Assembly: GCA_963825055.1 (NCBI GenBank)
Contig: CAWGSK010000002.1
Span: 64,001-128,000 of the forward strand
Length of the DNA: 64,000 nucleotides
Direction: 5' to 3'
DNA from: an uncultured Gemmatimonadales bacterium
Lineage (GTDB): Bacteria > Gemmatimonadota > Gemmatimonadetes > Gemmatimonadales > GWC2-71-9
The translations under genes and the position numbers were made by a program. Shown here one piece after another: positions 19,536 through 28,614 of the stretch (positions are counted from its first letter, which is position 1; every line of letters begins with the position of its first letter). The notes under the pieces were generated by a model. The model was given only the letters and a program-made list of their open reading frames with translations. It searched no databases and had not been told where the DNA came from.

Positions 19536-20882
19536 ATGGCCGCAGTGGCGCAGGAGAACCGCCGCGAACTGACGCACGGGGACATCACCCGGGACGTCAT
19601 CAACACGCTGGGGACGCCCAGCCGCGGGTACTTGCTGCTCTTCGCCGGGGCGGTGTCACTCTTCCTGGTCGGGGTGGTGACCTTCACCCTCCTGCTCAAG
19701 GACGGGCTGGGGCTCGCGGGCTACAACCCGCCCGCGTTCTGGTCGGTGTTCATCACCAACTTCGTGTTCTGGGTCGGTATTGGCCACGCGGGCACGCTGA
19801 TCTCCGCCATCCTGTTCCTTTTCCGCTCCCCGTGGCGGACGGCGGTCTACCGGGCGACGGAGGCGATGACGGTCTTCGCGGTCATGACCGCGGGCCTCTT
19901 CCCGATCATCCACATCGGGCGCCAGTGGTTCTTCTACTGGCTCCTGCCGTACCCGAACAACCGGCACATCTGGCCCAACTTCAAGTCCCCGCTCATCTGG
20001 GACGTCTTCGCCGTGGCGACGTACCTGACCGTGTCCACGGTGTTCCTGGTGGTTGGCCTGGTGCCGGACATCGCCGCGGTGCGGGACAAGCTGGGCGGCT
20101 GGCGCGGCCGGATCTACCGCATGGCGTCGGTGGGGTGGAAGGGCACCGCGAACCAGTGGCGGCACTATTCGCGCGGCTACCTCTACATGGCCGCCCTGGC
20201 GACGCCACTGGTGCTCTCGGTGCACTCCGTGGTGTCCTGGGACTTCGCCATGAGCATCGTGCCGGGATGGCACGGGACGATCTTCGCCCCGTACTTCGTG
20301 GCCGGCGCCATCTACTCGGGTATCGGGATGGTGTTCACCCTCCTGATCCCGCTCCGGCGCGCGTTCAAGATCGAGCACCTGATCACCGAGTACCACTTCG
20401 ACAACCTGGCCAAGCTGGCGCTGCTCACCGGAACCATCCTGTTCTACTCGTACGGGATGGAATACTTCGTGGCGTGGTACAGCGGCAACCAGTTCGAGCA
20501 GACCACGTTCTTCCTGCGGGCCTTCGGCCCCATGTGGTGGGCCGGCTGGACGATGATCATCTGCAACGCCTTCGTCTCCCAGCTGCTCTGGTTCCGGAAG
20601 ATCCGTACGAACACGACGGCACTGTTCGTCATCTCGATCTTCATCAACATCGGGATGTGGTTCGAGCGGTACGTGATCATCGTGTCCTCCCTCCGGAACG
20701 ACTACGAGCCATGGGCCTGGGGCCAGCTCACCCCGACCTGGGCGGACTGGGGCATCCTGCTCGGCAGCTTCGGCTGGTTCTTCATGTGGTTCCTCCTCTT
20801 CGCCCGCACCTTCCCGGTGGTGGCGATCCAGGAGGTCAAGGAACTGATTCCGATGCCGCGGAAGCGGAAGGGGAGTCACTGA
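19536..20882 (+). CDS. actC: ACIII quinol-binding membrane subunit (NrfD family)
   Basis: NFVFWVGIGHAGTLISAIL, NFKSPLIWD, SVHSVVSWDFA, APYFVAGAI. Confidence 0.95.
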   Translation: MAAVAQENRRELTHGDITRDVINTLGTPSRGYLLLFAGAVSLFLVGVVTFTLLLKDGLGLAGYNPPAFWSVFITNFVFWVGIGHAGTLISAILFLFRSPWRTAVYRATEAMTVFAVMTAGLFPIIHIGRQWFFYWLLPYPNNRHIWPNFKSPLIWDVFAVATYLTVSTVFLVVGLVPDIAAVRDKLGGWRGRIYRMASVGWKGTANQWRHYSRGYLYMAALATPLVLSVHSVVSWDFAMSIVPGWHGTIFAPYFVAGAIYSGIGMVFTLLIPLRRAFKIEHLITEYHFDNLAKLALLTGTILFYSYGMEYFVAWYSGNQFEQTTFFLRAFGPMWWAGWTMIICNAFVSQLLWFRKIRTNTTALFVISIFINIGMWFERYVIIVSSLRNDYEPWAWGQLTPTWADWGILLGSFGWFFMWFLLFARTFPVVAIQEVKELIPMPRKRKGSH

Positions 20883-21394
20883 TGGCCAAGACTGTACCGG
20901 GGGTGCTCGGGTCCTTCGTCCACATCGACGCGGCGACCGATGCGATCCGGACCCTCCAGAACCAGGGACGGAAGGACTTCACCGTGTATTCGGCGGCGCC
21001 CAACCATGAACTCGAGGATGCGCTCGACCAGCCCATCAGCCCCGTGCGGCTGTTCACGCTGATCGGGGGCATCACCGGGATCGTCTCCGCCGTCGCCATG
21101 ACCTTCTGGATGTCCAAGGACTGGCCACTGCTGGTGGGCGGGAAGCCGATCGCCACGGTGCCGCCCTATGTGGTCATCTTCTTCGAGCTGATGGTCCTCT
21201 TCGGCTCCCTCGCGACGGTCCTCGGGATCATCGTCATGGCGTCGCTCAAGCGGACGGGGGGCCTCCTCTACGATCCGTCCTTTTCGGATGACCGGGTGGG
21301 CATCTTCGTGCCGTGCCCGGTGGCCGAATACGGGACCATCGAGGCGCTCATGCGGGAAGCCGGTTCCACGGAGGTCAAGCATGCGACGGCGTAA
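20882..21394 (+). CDS. actD: ACIII subunit D (DUF3341)
   Basis: Two TM helices, WPLLVGGKP, FELMVLFG; position in operon. Confidence 0.9.
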   Translation: MAKTVPGVLGSFVHIDAATDAIRTLQNQGRKDFTVYSAAPNHELEDALDQPISPVRLFTLIGGITGIVSAVAMTFWMSKDWPLLVGGKPIATVPPYVVIFFELMVLFGSLATVLGIIVMASLKRTGGLLYDPSFSDDRVGIFVPCPVAEYGTIEALMREAGSTEVKHATA

Positions 21395-21989
21395 TCTCGT
21401 GCGCGGCTTCACCGTCGCCCTGACCGCCCTCGCGCTCTCAGGGTGCCAGTGGTACTACTACCAGGTGCCGTCGCCGGATGACCTGATGCATGTCATCCCG
21501 TGGTTCGATGCCATGATCAACGTGCCGACGGTCTATCCCTACGAGACGGCGGCGATCCCGCGGAACACCGTGCCCGGCACGGTGCCGGTGGGCGGCGGCC
21601 AGCCGGACTGGTCAGCCGAGTGGCGCGTCGGCAACACCACGACGGCCGATGCGCTGGCCAACCCGACCGATGGCGCCTGGACCGCCCACGGCGACACCCT
21701 CTACCAGACCTTCTGCTCGACCTGCCACGGCCCGCAGGGCACCGGCAGCCTCACGGTGGGCCCCCGGATCGGCGCGCCCCAGATCGCCACCGACCGGGTA
21801 CGCGGGTTCTCCGACGGCTACATCTACAGCATGATCCGCTACGGACGCGGCGTCATGCCGCGCTACGGCGACAAGGTCTATCGGCCGGAAGACCGGTGGG
21901 CCATCGTGAACTACGTCAGGCACCTGGGCGCGACCGTCAGCACGACGAACCCACCGCCGCCCGCGGATTCCACGGCGGGAGGCCGGTAA
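21381..21989 (+). CDS. actE: ACIII monoheme cytochrome c lipoprotein
   Basis: Lipobox LSGC, CSTCH, GRGVMPRY, DRWAIVNYVR. Confidence 0.9.
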   Translation: MRRRNLVRGFTVALTALALSGCQWYYYQVPSPDDLMHVIPWFDAMINVPTVYPYETAAIPRNTVPGTVPVGGGQPDWSAEWRVGNTTTADALANPTDGAWTAHGDTLYQTFCSTCHGPQGTGSLTVGPRIGAPQIATDRVRGFSDGYIYSMIRYGRGVMPRYGDKVYRPEDRWAIVNYVRHLGATVSTTNPPPPADSTAGGR

Positions 21990-23320
21990 TGGACAGGACG
22001 GTTCTGCGCGCGGAGCTCGGGGCCCGCTCGGTCGAGCGGCACTTCGGCCCGTTCCTCCTGGTGGGCGGGGCGCTGGCGGTGATTGGCGTCGTCCTCTTCC
22101 TGCTGACCCTGACCGGCGACGCCGCCACGCGCGGCTGGCAGCTCTTCCACGTCAACTGGCTTTTCTTCACGAGCGTGTCCGCGGGCAGCGTGGCCCTCCT
22201 GGCGGTCTATCGCACCGCGAATGCCAAGTGGGCCGGCGTCATCATCCGGTTCTCCACCGCCTGTGCCGCGTTCCTGCCGGTCTCGTTCCTCGGCTTCCTC
22301 GCCATTTTCGGGCCCGGCTACCACCACATCTTCCCCGAGATGCATGGCCTCTTCCACGCCAAGGAAGTGTGGCTGAGCCGGCCATGGATGTTCTGGCGGC
22401 TCTTCATCGGGCTTGGCGCCCTGTACGGGCTCGCCTTCCTGCTGGTGCGGGCGGACATCGTGCCTGACCTGTACGAGGTGCGGGACCGGGTGAGCGGTGA
22501 CCGGCGGAATCTGTTCACCCGCCTGGCCGATGCTGCCGGCTTCGACGGCTCCGCCGAGGCCATCGTCCGGCAGGACCTGCGGATCCGTCGCCTGTCCGCG
22601 GTGTTCCTCGTGGTGTACGCGCTGGTCATGACCCTGGTCGCGTTCGACACGATCATGGCGCTCCAGCCCCACTGGTTCTCCAACCTGCTCGGCGGTTTCT
22701 TCTTCATGGGCGCCTTCCTGTCGGCGCACATGGCCCTGGCCCTCCTGACCATCATGGGCCGTCGCCGGTTCGGCCTCGACGACGTGATCTCGCCCAAGCA
22801 GCGGCACGACCTCGGCAAGCTCTGCTTCGGCTTCACCGTCTTCTGGGGTTACCTCATGTGGGCCCAGTACCTGGTGATCTGGTACGGCAACCTGCCCGAG
22901 GAGACCGGCTTCCTGTTCGCCCGGCTGTACGGCCCCTGGCTCCCGATCGGGAAGGCCGTCTTCCTGATGGTCTTCGTGATCCCCTTTATCGGCCTGCTCG
23001 GCGTGATGCCGAAGAAGCTCCCCATCACGATGGGCCTCTTCGCGACAATCAGCCTGACCGGCCTCTGGCTCGAGCGCTACCTGCTGGTGCTGCCCAGCGT
23101 CACGCCCCACGCCGGCCCGGTCTTCGGCCTGCCCGAGGTGGGCGCGACCGCGCTCTTTGCGGGCGTCTTCCTGCTCTGTTACACGGCCTACGCGCACACA
23201 TTCCCGATGCTCTCCCCGATGCGGGCGATGATCACCATCGACAAGGAGACGCATCACGAGGTGAGCGCCTTCGACCACGAGGAATCGGGGAAGGACTTTA
23301 CCCACGTGGAGACCGAATAG
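21989..23320 (+). CDS. actF: ACIII membrane subunit F
   Basis: Multi-TM; HDLGKLCFGF, QYLVIWYGNLPEET. Confidence 0.92.
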   Translation: MDRTVLRAELGARSVERHFGPFLLVGGALAVIGVVLFLLTLTGDAATRGWQLFHVNWLFFTSVSAGSVALLAVYRTANAKWAGVIIRFSTACAAFLPVSFLGFLAIFGPGYHHIFPEMHGLFHAKEVWLSRPWMFWRLFIGLGALYGLAFLLVRADIVPDLYEVRDRVSGDRRNLFTRLADAAGFDGSAEAIVRQDLRIRRLSAVFLVVYALVMTLVAFDTIMALQPHWFSNLLGGFFFMGAFLSAHMALALLTIMGRRRFGLDDVISPKQRHDLGKLCFGFTVFWGYLMWAQYLVIWYGNLPEETGFLFARLYGPWLPIGKAVFLMVFVIPFIGLLGVMPKKLPITMGLFATISLTGLWLERYLLVLPSVTPHAGPVFGLPEVGATALFAGVFLLCYTAYAHTFPMLSPMRAMITIDKETHHEVSAFDHEESGKDFTHVETE

Positions 23321-23426
23321 GTCGAAGAGGTCGAAGGTCGAAAGACGAGCGGTCGGACGTCCGCCAGGATGCCCGACCGTTTTCCTTCCCGATACCCGAT
23401 ACCCGATACCCGACCACCCTTCGACC
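23320..23426. repeat. Heptamer repeats (GGTCGAA; CCCGATA x3-4)
   Basis: Seen directly after the actF stop, between convergent genes. Confidence 0.7.
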
Positions 23427-23430
23427 CCCC

Positions 23431-23469
23431 AAAACAGAAGGCACCCCCGCCTTCCGGAGATGCCTCCTG
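23431..23469 (-). terminator. Rho-independent terminator of the sigma/anti-sigma operon
   Basis: Minus-strand stem CAGGAGGCATCTCCG / CGGGGGTGCCTTCTG with G-U pairs, followed by TTTT. Confidence 0.7.
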
Positions 23470-23520
23470 CTGCTACTCCCCCTCTCTCAGAAGGGGGCGT
23501 GACCCGCGCACCCGGTCAGG

Positions 23521-24645
23521 TCAGGGTGACGGGCTGATCTGGGGCACGGCCTGCGTCGTGGGACGCGGGACGGTGCGGTCGGACGGGATGGGCAGTCGGA
23601 CCAGCAGCGCCCGGAGCGAGTCGGAGGGAAGCTGGCCCGTGATCGCGACCATCCGGTTCCCCTGGCGCAGCTGCACCATGGTCTCGCTGGCCGCAGTGCG
23701 GATTGCCCCGCGGGCGAGCAGTTCCGAGACCGGGCCTGCCGGGCCCTCGATGGTGCGAATCATCTCACCGGTTGCGAGCTGCTGGTCCACCGCCACGATA
23801 CGCTCGTTCGGGTTCACGCCCTGAATCTTGACCTGGATGACCGGCAGGCCGGCCACCCGGGGCAGGGGGGCGCCGCTTTCCTCCTCCGCGCCCGCCACGT
23901 CCACCAGCCGCCAGAGGCCGTCGGGGTCGCGGGTGTCGAGCCGCCGCTGCTCCGCCAGGGCCCGCGCCGGCAGGACGGGAAGGGCTTCGCGTTCCGGCGC
24001 CGGCGCCCGAGTCGGTGTGGTGTCCAGGGCCACCTGCCGGGGGGTGCCGTCCTCAAGGAAGGGATTCGGCAGGACCCGGGTCTGGCGCAGGGTCGGGGGC
24101 GCGACGGGCGGGTCTTCCCGCTCCAGGGGGGCCTGGACGGGTCCGGCCACTTCGCGCGGGGGGTCGGACATCGTCGCGCCCTCGCCCGGGGTGATGGAGG
24201 CGGCGGTGTCAGTGATGGCGAGGGAAGTCCCGGCGCCGCCTGGCGATGATGGAGGGGCCGCCTCGACCACACCAGGCGAGTTTTCAGCCGTTTCCGGCCG
24301 CCGGGACGGTTCATCCTGCGTGTCCTGCCACACCCGGGCCGACCAGCCCAGGGCGATCGCCCCGATGAAGCTGGCGGCCCAGATGGCGCGCCGAAGGACA
24401 CGATGCCGGCGCGCCGATTCCCCGAGATGACGGCGCCGGAGCGTGTCATAGCTGGGGGAGATGCGGGTCGGCGGGGCCAGGACGGCCAGCAGGGCCGTGG
24501 TGCGGTCACGCAGGGCCGCGATGCCGTCCCGCGTGGCCCGGCACTGGGCGCAGGCCGCGAGATGGCTCTCAATCTCGACGCACTGCGACCGGCTCAGCGC
24601 CTGGTCCAGGTAGGCGTGCAGTTCTTCTTCAGGAATATGCGGCAT
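23521..24645 (-). CDS. Membrane anti-sigma factor with zf-HC2 domain
   Basis: HIPEEEL.AYLD..HLAACAQC, one TM helix, Pro-rich extracytoplasmic part; overlaps the sigma gene. Confidence 0.88.
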   Translation of the reverse strand: MPHIPEEELHAYLDQALSRSQCVEIESHLAACAQCRATRDGIAALRDRTTALLAVLAPPTRISPSYDTLRRRHLGESARRHRVLRRAIWAASFIGAIALGWSARVWQDTQDEPSRRPETAENSPGVVEAAPPSSPGGAGTSLAITDTAASITPGEGATMSDPPREVAGPVQAPLEREDPPVAPPTLRQTRVLPNPFLEDGTPRQVALDTTPTRAPAPEREALPVLPARALAEQRRLDTRDPDGLWRLVDVAGAEEESGAPLPRVAGLPVIQVKIQGVNPNERIVAVDQQLATGEMIRTIEGPAGPVSELLARGAIRTAASETMVQLRQGNRMVAITGQLPSDSLRALLVRLPIPSDRTVPRPTTQAVPQISPSP

Positions 24646-25147
24646 TGTTCCGCGCTTCCTCTTCTTCCCTGTCATGGGCTTCCACCAGGCGGCGGCGGGC
24701 GCGGGCGAGTGTCGTGCCCACGGCGCCCACCGCCAGTCCGGTCTGCTGCGCAATCTCCGGGTAGCTGAGCCCGCTGTCCCAGAGCAGGAGGACCTCGCGG
24801 TCGCGCGGCGTCAGGGCATTCAGGGCCCGCTGCACTTTCGCGACACGCTCGTCGTGCTCCACGGCCTCGTCCGGCTGCGGCTCACGGGTCGGCATCATGA
24901 TCGGATCGGACTTCAGCAGGGTCAGGTGCCGCTTGCGGCGCACGGCCGCCCTCGCCTCGTCCCGCGCGAGGTTGGCCGCCACGGCGAACACCCACGCCCG
25001 CGGCTTCTCGGGCTGGTGTGCCATGGCGCGGACGAAGACCTCCTGTGCGAGGTCCTGCGCCCGGTCGGCGTCCCATACCTTCCGGTACAGGAAGCGCACC
25101 ACCGCTGGATAGGTGGTCCGGTACAGTTCCTCGAGGTCTTCGGTCAC
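24629..25147 (-). CDS. ECF sigma-70 factor
   Basis: AQDLAQEVF, AWVFAVAANLARD, GLSYPEIA..GAVGTTLARARRRL. Confidence 0.92.
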   Translation of the reverse strand: MTEDLEELYRTTYPAVVRFLYRKVWDADRAQDLAQEVFVRAMAHQPEKPRAWVFAVAANLARDEARAAVRRKRHLTLLKSDPIMMPTREPQPDEAVEHDERVAKVQRALNALTPRDREVLLLWDSGLSYPEIAQQTGLAVGAVGTTLARARRRLVEAHDREEEEARNNAAYS

Positions 25148-25228
25148 GCGCGCTCCGTCATCAAGGGCCGTGATTCCTGCCAGCCTGAGAGACGTCCCAC
25201 CCCCCCTGCATTGCACAGGAGGGCCGGG

Positions 25229-26020
25229 TCAGGATCCCCGGGGTGCGGGTTCCATTCCCTTCCGCCAGCGCCGGGCCCGGACCGGGCCGAGGACACAGCC
25301 CGGGTGGACCTGGGTCCGCTTCGGCGGCCATTTGCTGCAGAGCTCGGGCTTGGCTGTCCGGCCGTCCGGCCGGAGCCGGCCATGCAGGCTGCAGGCGACG
25401 CCGTCATCCCCAAGATAGCCGCAGGCGGAGAGGATCTCTGCTTCGATCGACTCGTCGTCCTCCCGTTCCACCTTGCACAGATAGGGCGGCTTTCGTGACC
25501 GGAGGAGAAGCTCCGTCCGCTGGTCCGACTCGGGGCACATGATCTCTACCTGGAGGTCGCGGCAGCAGGCCGCGCCAACCGAGTGGTCGGCGGTCGTACA
25601 GCGTGCCGCGAGGCACGGATTGTCACCGTTCTGCAGCACCGGCAGGCTCCCCCGGGGCTCGGCGAGCCGCCGGCTGACCAGCCGGCCACCATCGACGAGA
25701 CGTGCGGCGTCCTTCCCCAGGCGCCGGGGCTGCTCGGGCTTGCGGGGCGCCCGCGGCGCAGGACCGGTGAAGCCGTGGACCTGGCAGTTCGCCCGGCCGC
25801 CCTCTTCCCGGAGATGTTTGCACGGGACGTGGATCACGACGTCCGCGTAGAGGTCGTCGCCGTCGTCCCACAAACGGTCGAATTCCATGCGCTCGGTGTG
25901 CCCGAGGAGCCACGTGGCCTCGTGGTCGAGGGAGGCTTCATCGAGGGCGCTGACATGGAGGGTAACCCGCAGGGCGCGACACTGGCGGCCGAGGCCGCGA
26001 CAGGGAGGGGGTTGCGTCAC
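25229..26020 (-). CDS. Cys-rich protein with two YkgJ/CxxCxxCC-like modules
   Basis: NPC..C..ACCRD, ACGYL..CSLH..KPELCSKWP; degenerate copy in the N-half (PCKHL..CQVH). Confidence 0.7.
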   Translation of the reverse strand: MTQPPPCRGLGRQCRALRVTLHVSALDEASLDHEATWLLGHTERMEFDRLWDDGDDLYADVVIHVPCKHLREEGGRANCQVHGFTGPAPRAPRKPEQPRRLGKDAARLVDGGRLVSRRLAEPRGSLPVLQNGDNPCLAARCTTADHSVGAACCRDLQVEIMCPESDQRTELLLRSRKPPYLCKVEREDDESIEAEILSACGYLGDDGVACSLHGRLRPDGRTAKPELCSKWPPKRTQVHPGCVLGPVRARRWRKGMEPAPRGS

Positions 26021-26048
26021 GGAGGTAGCGTATTTCCTTGCAGTGGGG

Positions 26049-26083
26049 TATAATTGAAGCTGCTTGTGAAACGATTCACAAGC
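26049..26083 (+). promoter_or_regulatory. TATAAT -10 element followed by a perfect Rex-type operator TTGTGAA-ACGA-TTCACAA (26064-26081)
   Basis: Exact match to the Rex consensus; palindrome extends to GCTTGTGAA..TTCACAAGC. Confidence 0.8.
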
Positions 26084-26161
26084 GGGGCGGAGGGAGATTT
26101 CCGCGAGAACGCAGCAGGTAATCTAACATTTTTTCCCGGCAGTCCGTGGAGGTGTGGTCGA

Positions 26162-26650
26162 ATGCGTGCGAGTTTCCTGATGGCAGGTCTGGTCGTCGCC
26201 CTGGTGGCGTGCGGCGGTGGGGAGAAGTCGGATGACGCGGCCATGGCGGACAACGCCATGACCGACAGCAGCAGCATGATGCACGATGATGCGGCCACTC
26301 CGGCTGCGACCGGTGCGACACACGACGTCAAGATGGAGCTCGACGGCTCGACCTACAAGTACGAGCCGTCCAGCCTGACCGTGAAGCCGGGCGACGTGGT
26401 GGTCTTCCACAACGTCAGCGGCGGGCCGCACAATGTCGAGTTCTATCCGGACAGCATCCCGGCAGGCGCCGCCGACGCGCTGAACGCCGGCATGAGTGAT
26501 CGCCTGGGCCCGTTGCAGGGCCAGCTGCTCACCGAGCCGAACGCCACCTACACGGTGAGCTTCGCCGGTGCCCCGGTGGGCACCTACAAGTTCTTCTGCC
26601 TGCCGCACGTGGCGCTGGGCATGAAGGGCGAGATTACGGTAGAGCAGTAG
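26162..26650 (+). CDS. Plastocyanin/azurin-family blue copper lipoprotein
   Basis: Lipobox LVAC; type-1 Cu ligands GPHNV and CLPHVALGM. Confidence 0.92.
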   Translation: MRASFLMAGLVVALVACGGGEKSDDAAMADNAMTDSSSMMHDDAATPAATGATHDVKMELDGSTYKYEPSSLTVKPGDVVVFHNVSGGPHNVEFYPDSIPAGAADALNAGMSDRLGPLQGQLLTEPNATYTVSFAGAPVGTYKFFCLPHVALGMKGEITVEQ

Positions 26651-26659
26651 AACGGCAGC

Positions 26660-26802
26660 AAGTAGTGAGTAGTGAGTAGTGAGTAGTGATGCAGGGGCGG
26701 ACTGCCGGCGCGGCAGCCGCCCCGTTTCACGTACCCTCCCCCGAAACGACCCATCGAGTCCGCCACCGAACCAGCGACTGACGACTCGACGACTAACGAC
26801 TT
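26660..26802. repeat. Heptamer repeats AGTAGTG x4, then ACGACT(G/C/A) x3-4
   Basis: Seen directly between the convergent cupredoxin and PAP2 genes. Confidence 0.75.
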
Positions 26803-27661
26803 AACCAGCCCCCCTGTCCCCCAGAACCCGCCCCGTCCCCACCACCACCCCCGCCACCACCACTCCGGCGATCGCATCGACCGCGTAGTGCATCTGGCAA
26901 TAGACCACACCGATGGTCAGCAGCGCTGTAGGCACGACCAGCAGCCACCCCAGTTTCCGTGAGCCGATCATGGCCGTCGCGGTGGCGGTGACGGTCGCCG
27001 CCACGTGGCTGCTGGGGAATGCCGCGCCATACGCGCTGCCACTCGCGAGGACGTCGTACACCAGCCGCGCCATCGGGTTCTGGACGAAGGTGCCGGTGGG
27101 GCGGGCGAACTCGTAGTACGGCCCCGCCACGGGGAAGAAGACAAACGCCAGGTAGCAGGCCACGAAGGTGACCGTCACGTACAGCACCGTCCGGCGCAGG
27201 GCCGTGAGGTCACCGGTCCAGGCGAACCAGCCCACGGGCAGCGGGATGATCAGGTAGTAGGCGAAGTAGGCCCCATGCAGGACCGTGGACCAGGAGGTGC
27301 TGGGGGAGGCGCGCCACCAGTCGCGGGCCGGCTGAAAGCCGAAAAGCGCCTGCTCCCAGTGCTGGACCAGGGCATCGTGCACCGGGACCGCGCCACCCCC
27401 GTTCAGCAGGTCGATGGCGCTGTACAGGCTGACGAGCAGGAGGATCGGGTAGACTTCGCGGAGCGCCCGCCCCACGACGCCGAGCCCGGGACGGGACAGC
27501 AGCCAGATGAGGAGGGCCGTGAGCGCGTTCGCCAGCAGGACCCACCGGCAGGCCGGAAACCGTCCGAGCCGCGCTACCGCCATGACCGAAATGACGGCGA
27601 GGTAGGCCAGGAGGACGACATCGACGGGCCGGAAGCGCCCGCGGCCAGGCGCTAGAGCCAT
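26801..27661 (-). CDS. PAP2-superfamily membrane phosphotransferase, Aur1/Ipt1-like
   Basis: Multi-TM; FPVAGP, AAFPSSH, HYAVD catalytic H/H/D motifs. Confidence 0.82.
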   Translation of the reverse strand: MALAPGRGRFRPVDVVLLAYLAVISVMAVARLGRFPACRWVLLANALTALLIWLLSRPGLGVVGRALREVYPILLLVSLYSAIDLLNGGGAVPVHDALVQHWEQALFGFQPARDWWRASPSTSWSTVLHGAYFAYYLIIPLPVGWFAWTGDLTALRRTVLYVTVTFVACYLAFVFFPVAGPYYEFARPTGTFVQNPMARLVYDVLASGSAYGAAFPSSHVAATVTATATAMIGSRKLGWLLVVPTALLTIGVVYCQMHYAVDAIAGVVVAGVVVGTGRVLGDRGAG

Positions 27662-28614
27662 CCCTCCCCGCGGTACCACTCGAAGGTCGAGCGGAGGCCC
27701 TCGGCGTGGCCGTGCCTCGCCTGCCAGCCGGTCGTGGCCGTGAGGGCGGCGGGGTCACAGGTCCAGGCCGGCTGGAAGAACTCGTTCGCCTTGTCCGGAT
27801 TCAGGATGGTCGCCCGGCCGGCGAGGCGGGCCATCCCTCCCGTCACGTGCAGCAGCGCGCGACCGATGGGTTCGGGGACCGGGATCACGCGCACCGTCCG
27901 CGACATTGCCGCAGCCACCTCACGCACGAAGTCCCCGCTCGTCACGATATCCGGGTGGCTGGCGTAGAAGATGCCTTCCGCACCGGCGTGGCCCGCCGCG
28001 GCCAGCGCCTCCGCCAGGTCGGGCCCGTAGATCAGCGATATGTGCTGCGTGCCGCCACCGAAGACCGGCGCAAAGCCGTAGCGCGCGATCCGGAACAGCT
28101 TGAGCACCTCGGTGTCTCGGGGCCCGTACACCGTGGGCGGGCGGATGATGGTCCAGGGCAGGGGACCGGCCCGCACCACTTCCTCGGCTGCCAGCTTGCT
28201 GCGGCCGTAGGCCGTGACGGGGCGGGGAGTCTCCGGGCCGGTGAGGGGCCGCCCGGGCTCAGTGGGCCCTGCCGCCGCGAGCGAGGAGACCAGGACGAAG
28301 CGCGGGCTTCCCGCGAGGGCGGCGGCTTCCTGCAGCCGCGCCGTTCCCTCCCGGTTCACCCGGACGAATTCCGCTTCGTCGCGCGCGGCCGTCAGGCCCG
28401 CGACGTGATAGATCACGTCCTGGCCCTGGACCGCCAGTGCGAGCGCGTCGACGTCGAACAGGCTTCCCTGAATGGTGTGGAGGTCGTGGTCCTGGAGGAT
28501 CGCCGCCTTGCCGGGCGAGCGCAGGAGGATGGTGACGTCGTCTCCCCGGCGCCGAAGGGCCGCCACGAGGTGGCTGCCGACGAAGCCGGTGGCCCCGGTG
28601 ACCAGCGCTTTCAC
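27652..28614 (-). CDS. Extended SDR/NAD-dependent epimerase family; probable ceramide (3-keto) reductase
   Basis: TGATGFVG, YGRSK, RPPTVYGP; operon context with spt. Confidence 0.8.
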   Translation of the reverse strand: MKALVTGATGFVGSHLVAALRRRGDDVTILLRSPGKAAILQDHDLHTIQGSLFDVDALALAVQGQDVIYHVAGLTAARDEAEFVRVNREGTARLQEAAALAGSPRFVLVSSLAAAGPTEPGRPLTGPETPRPVTAYGRSKLAAEEVVRAGPLPWTIIRPPTVYGPRDTEVLKLFRIARYGFAPVFGGGTQHISLIYGPDLAEALAAAGHAGAEGIFYASHPDIVTSGDFVREVAAAMSRTVRVIPVPEPIGRALLHVTGGMARLAGRATILNPDKANEFFQPAWTCDPAALTATTGWQARHGHAEGLRSTFEWYRGEGWL

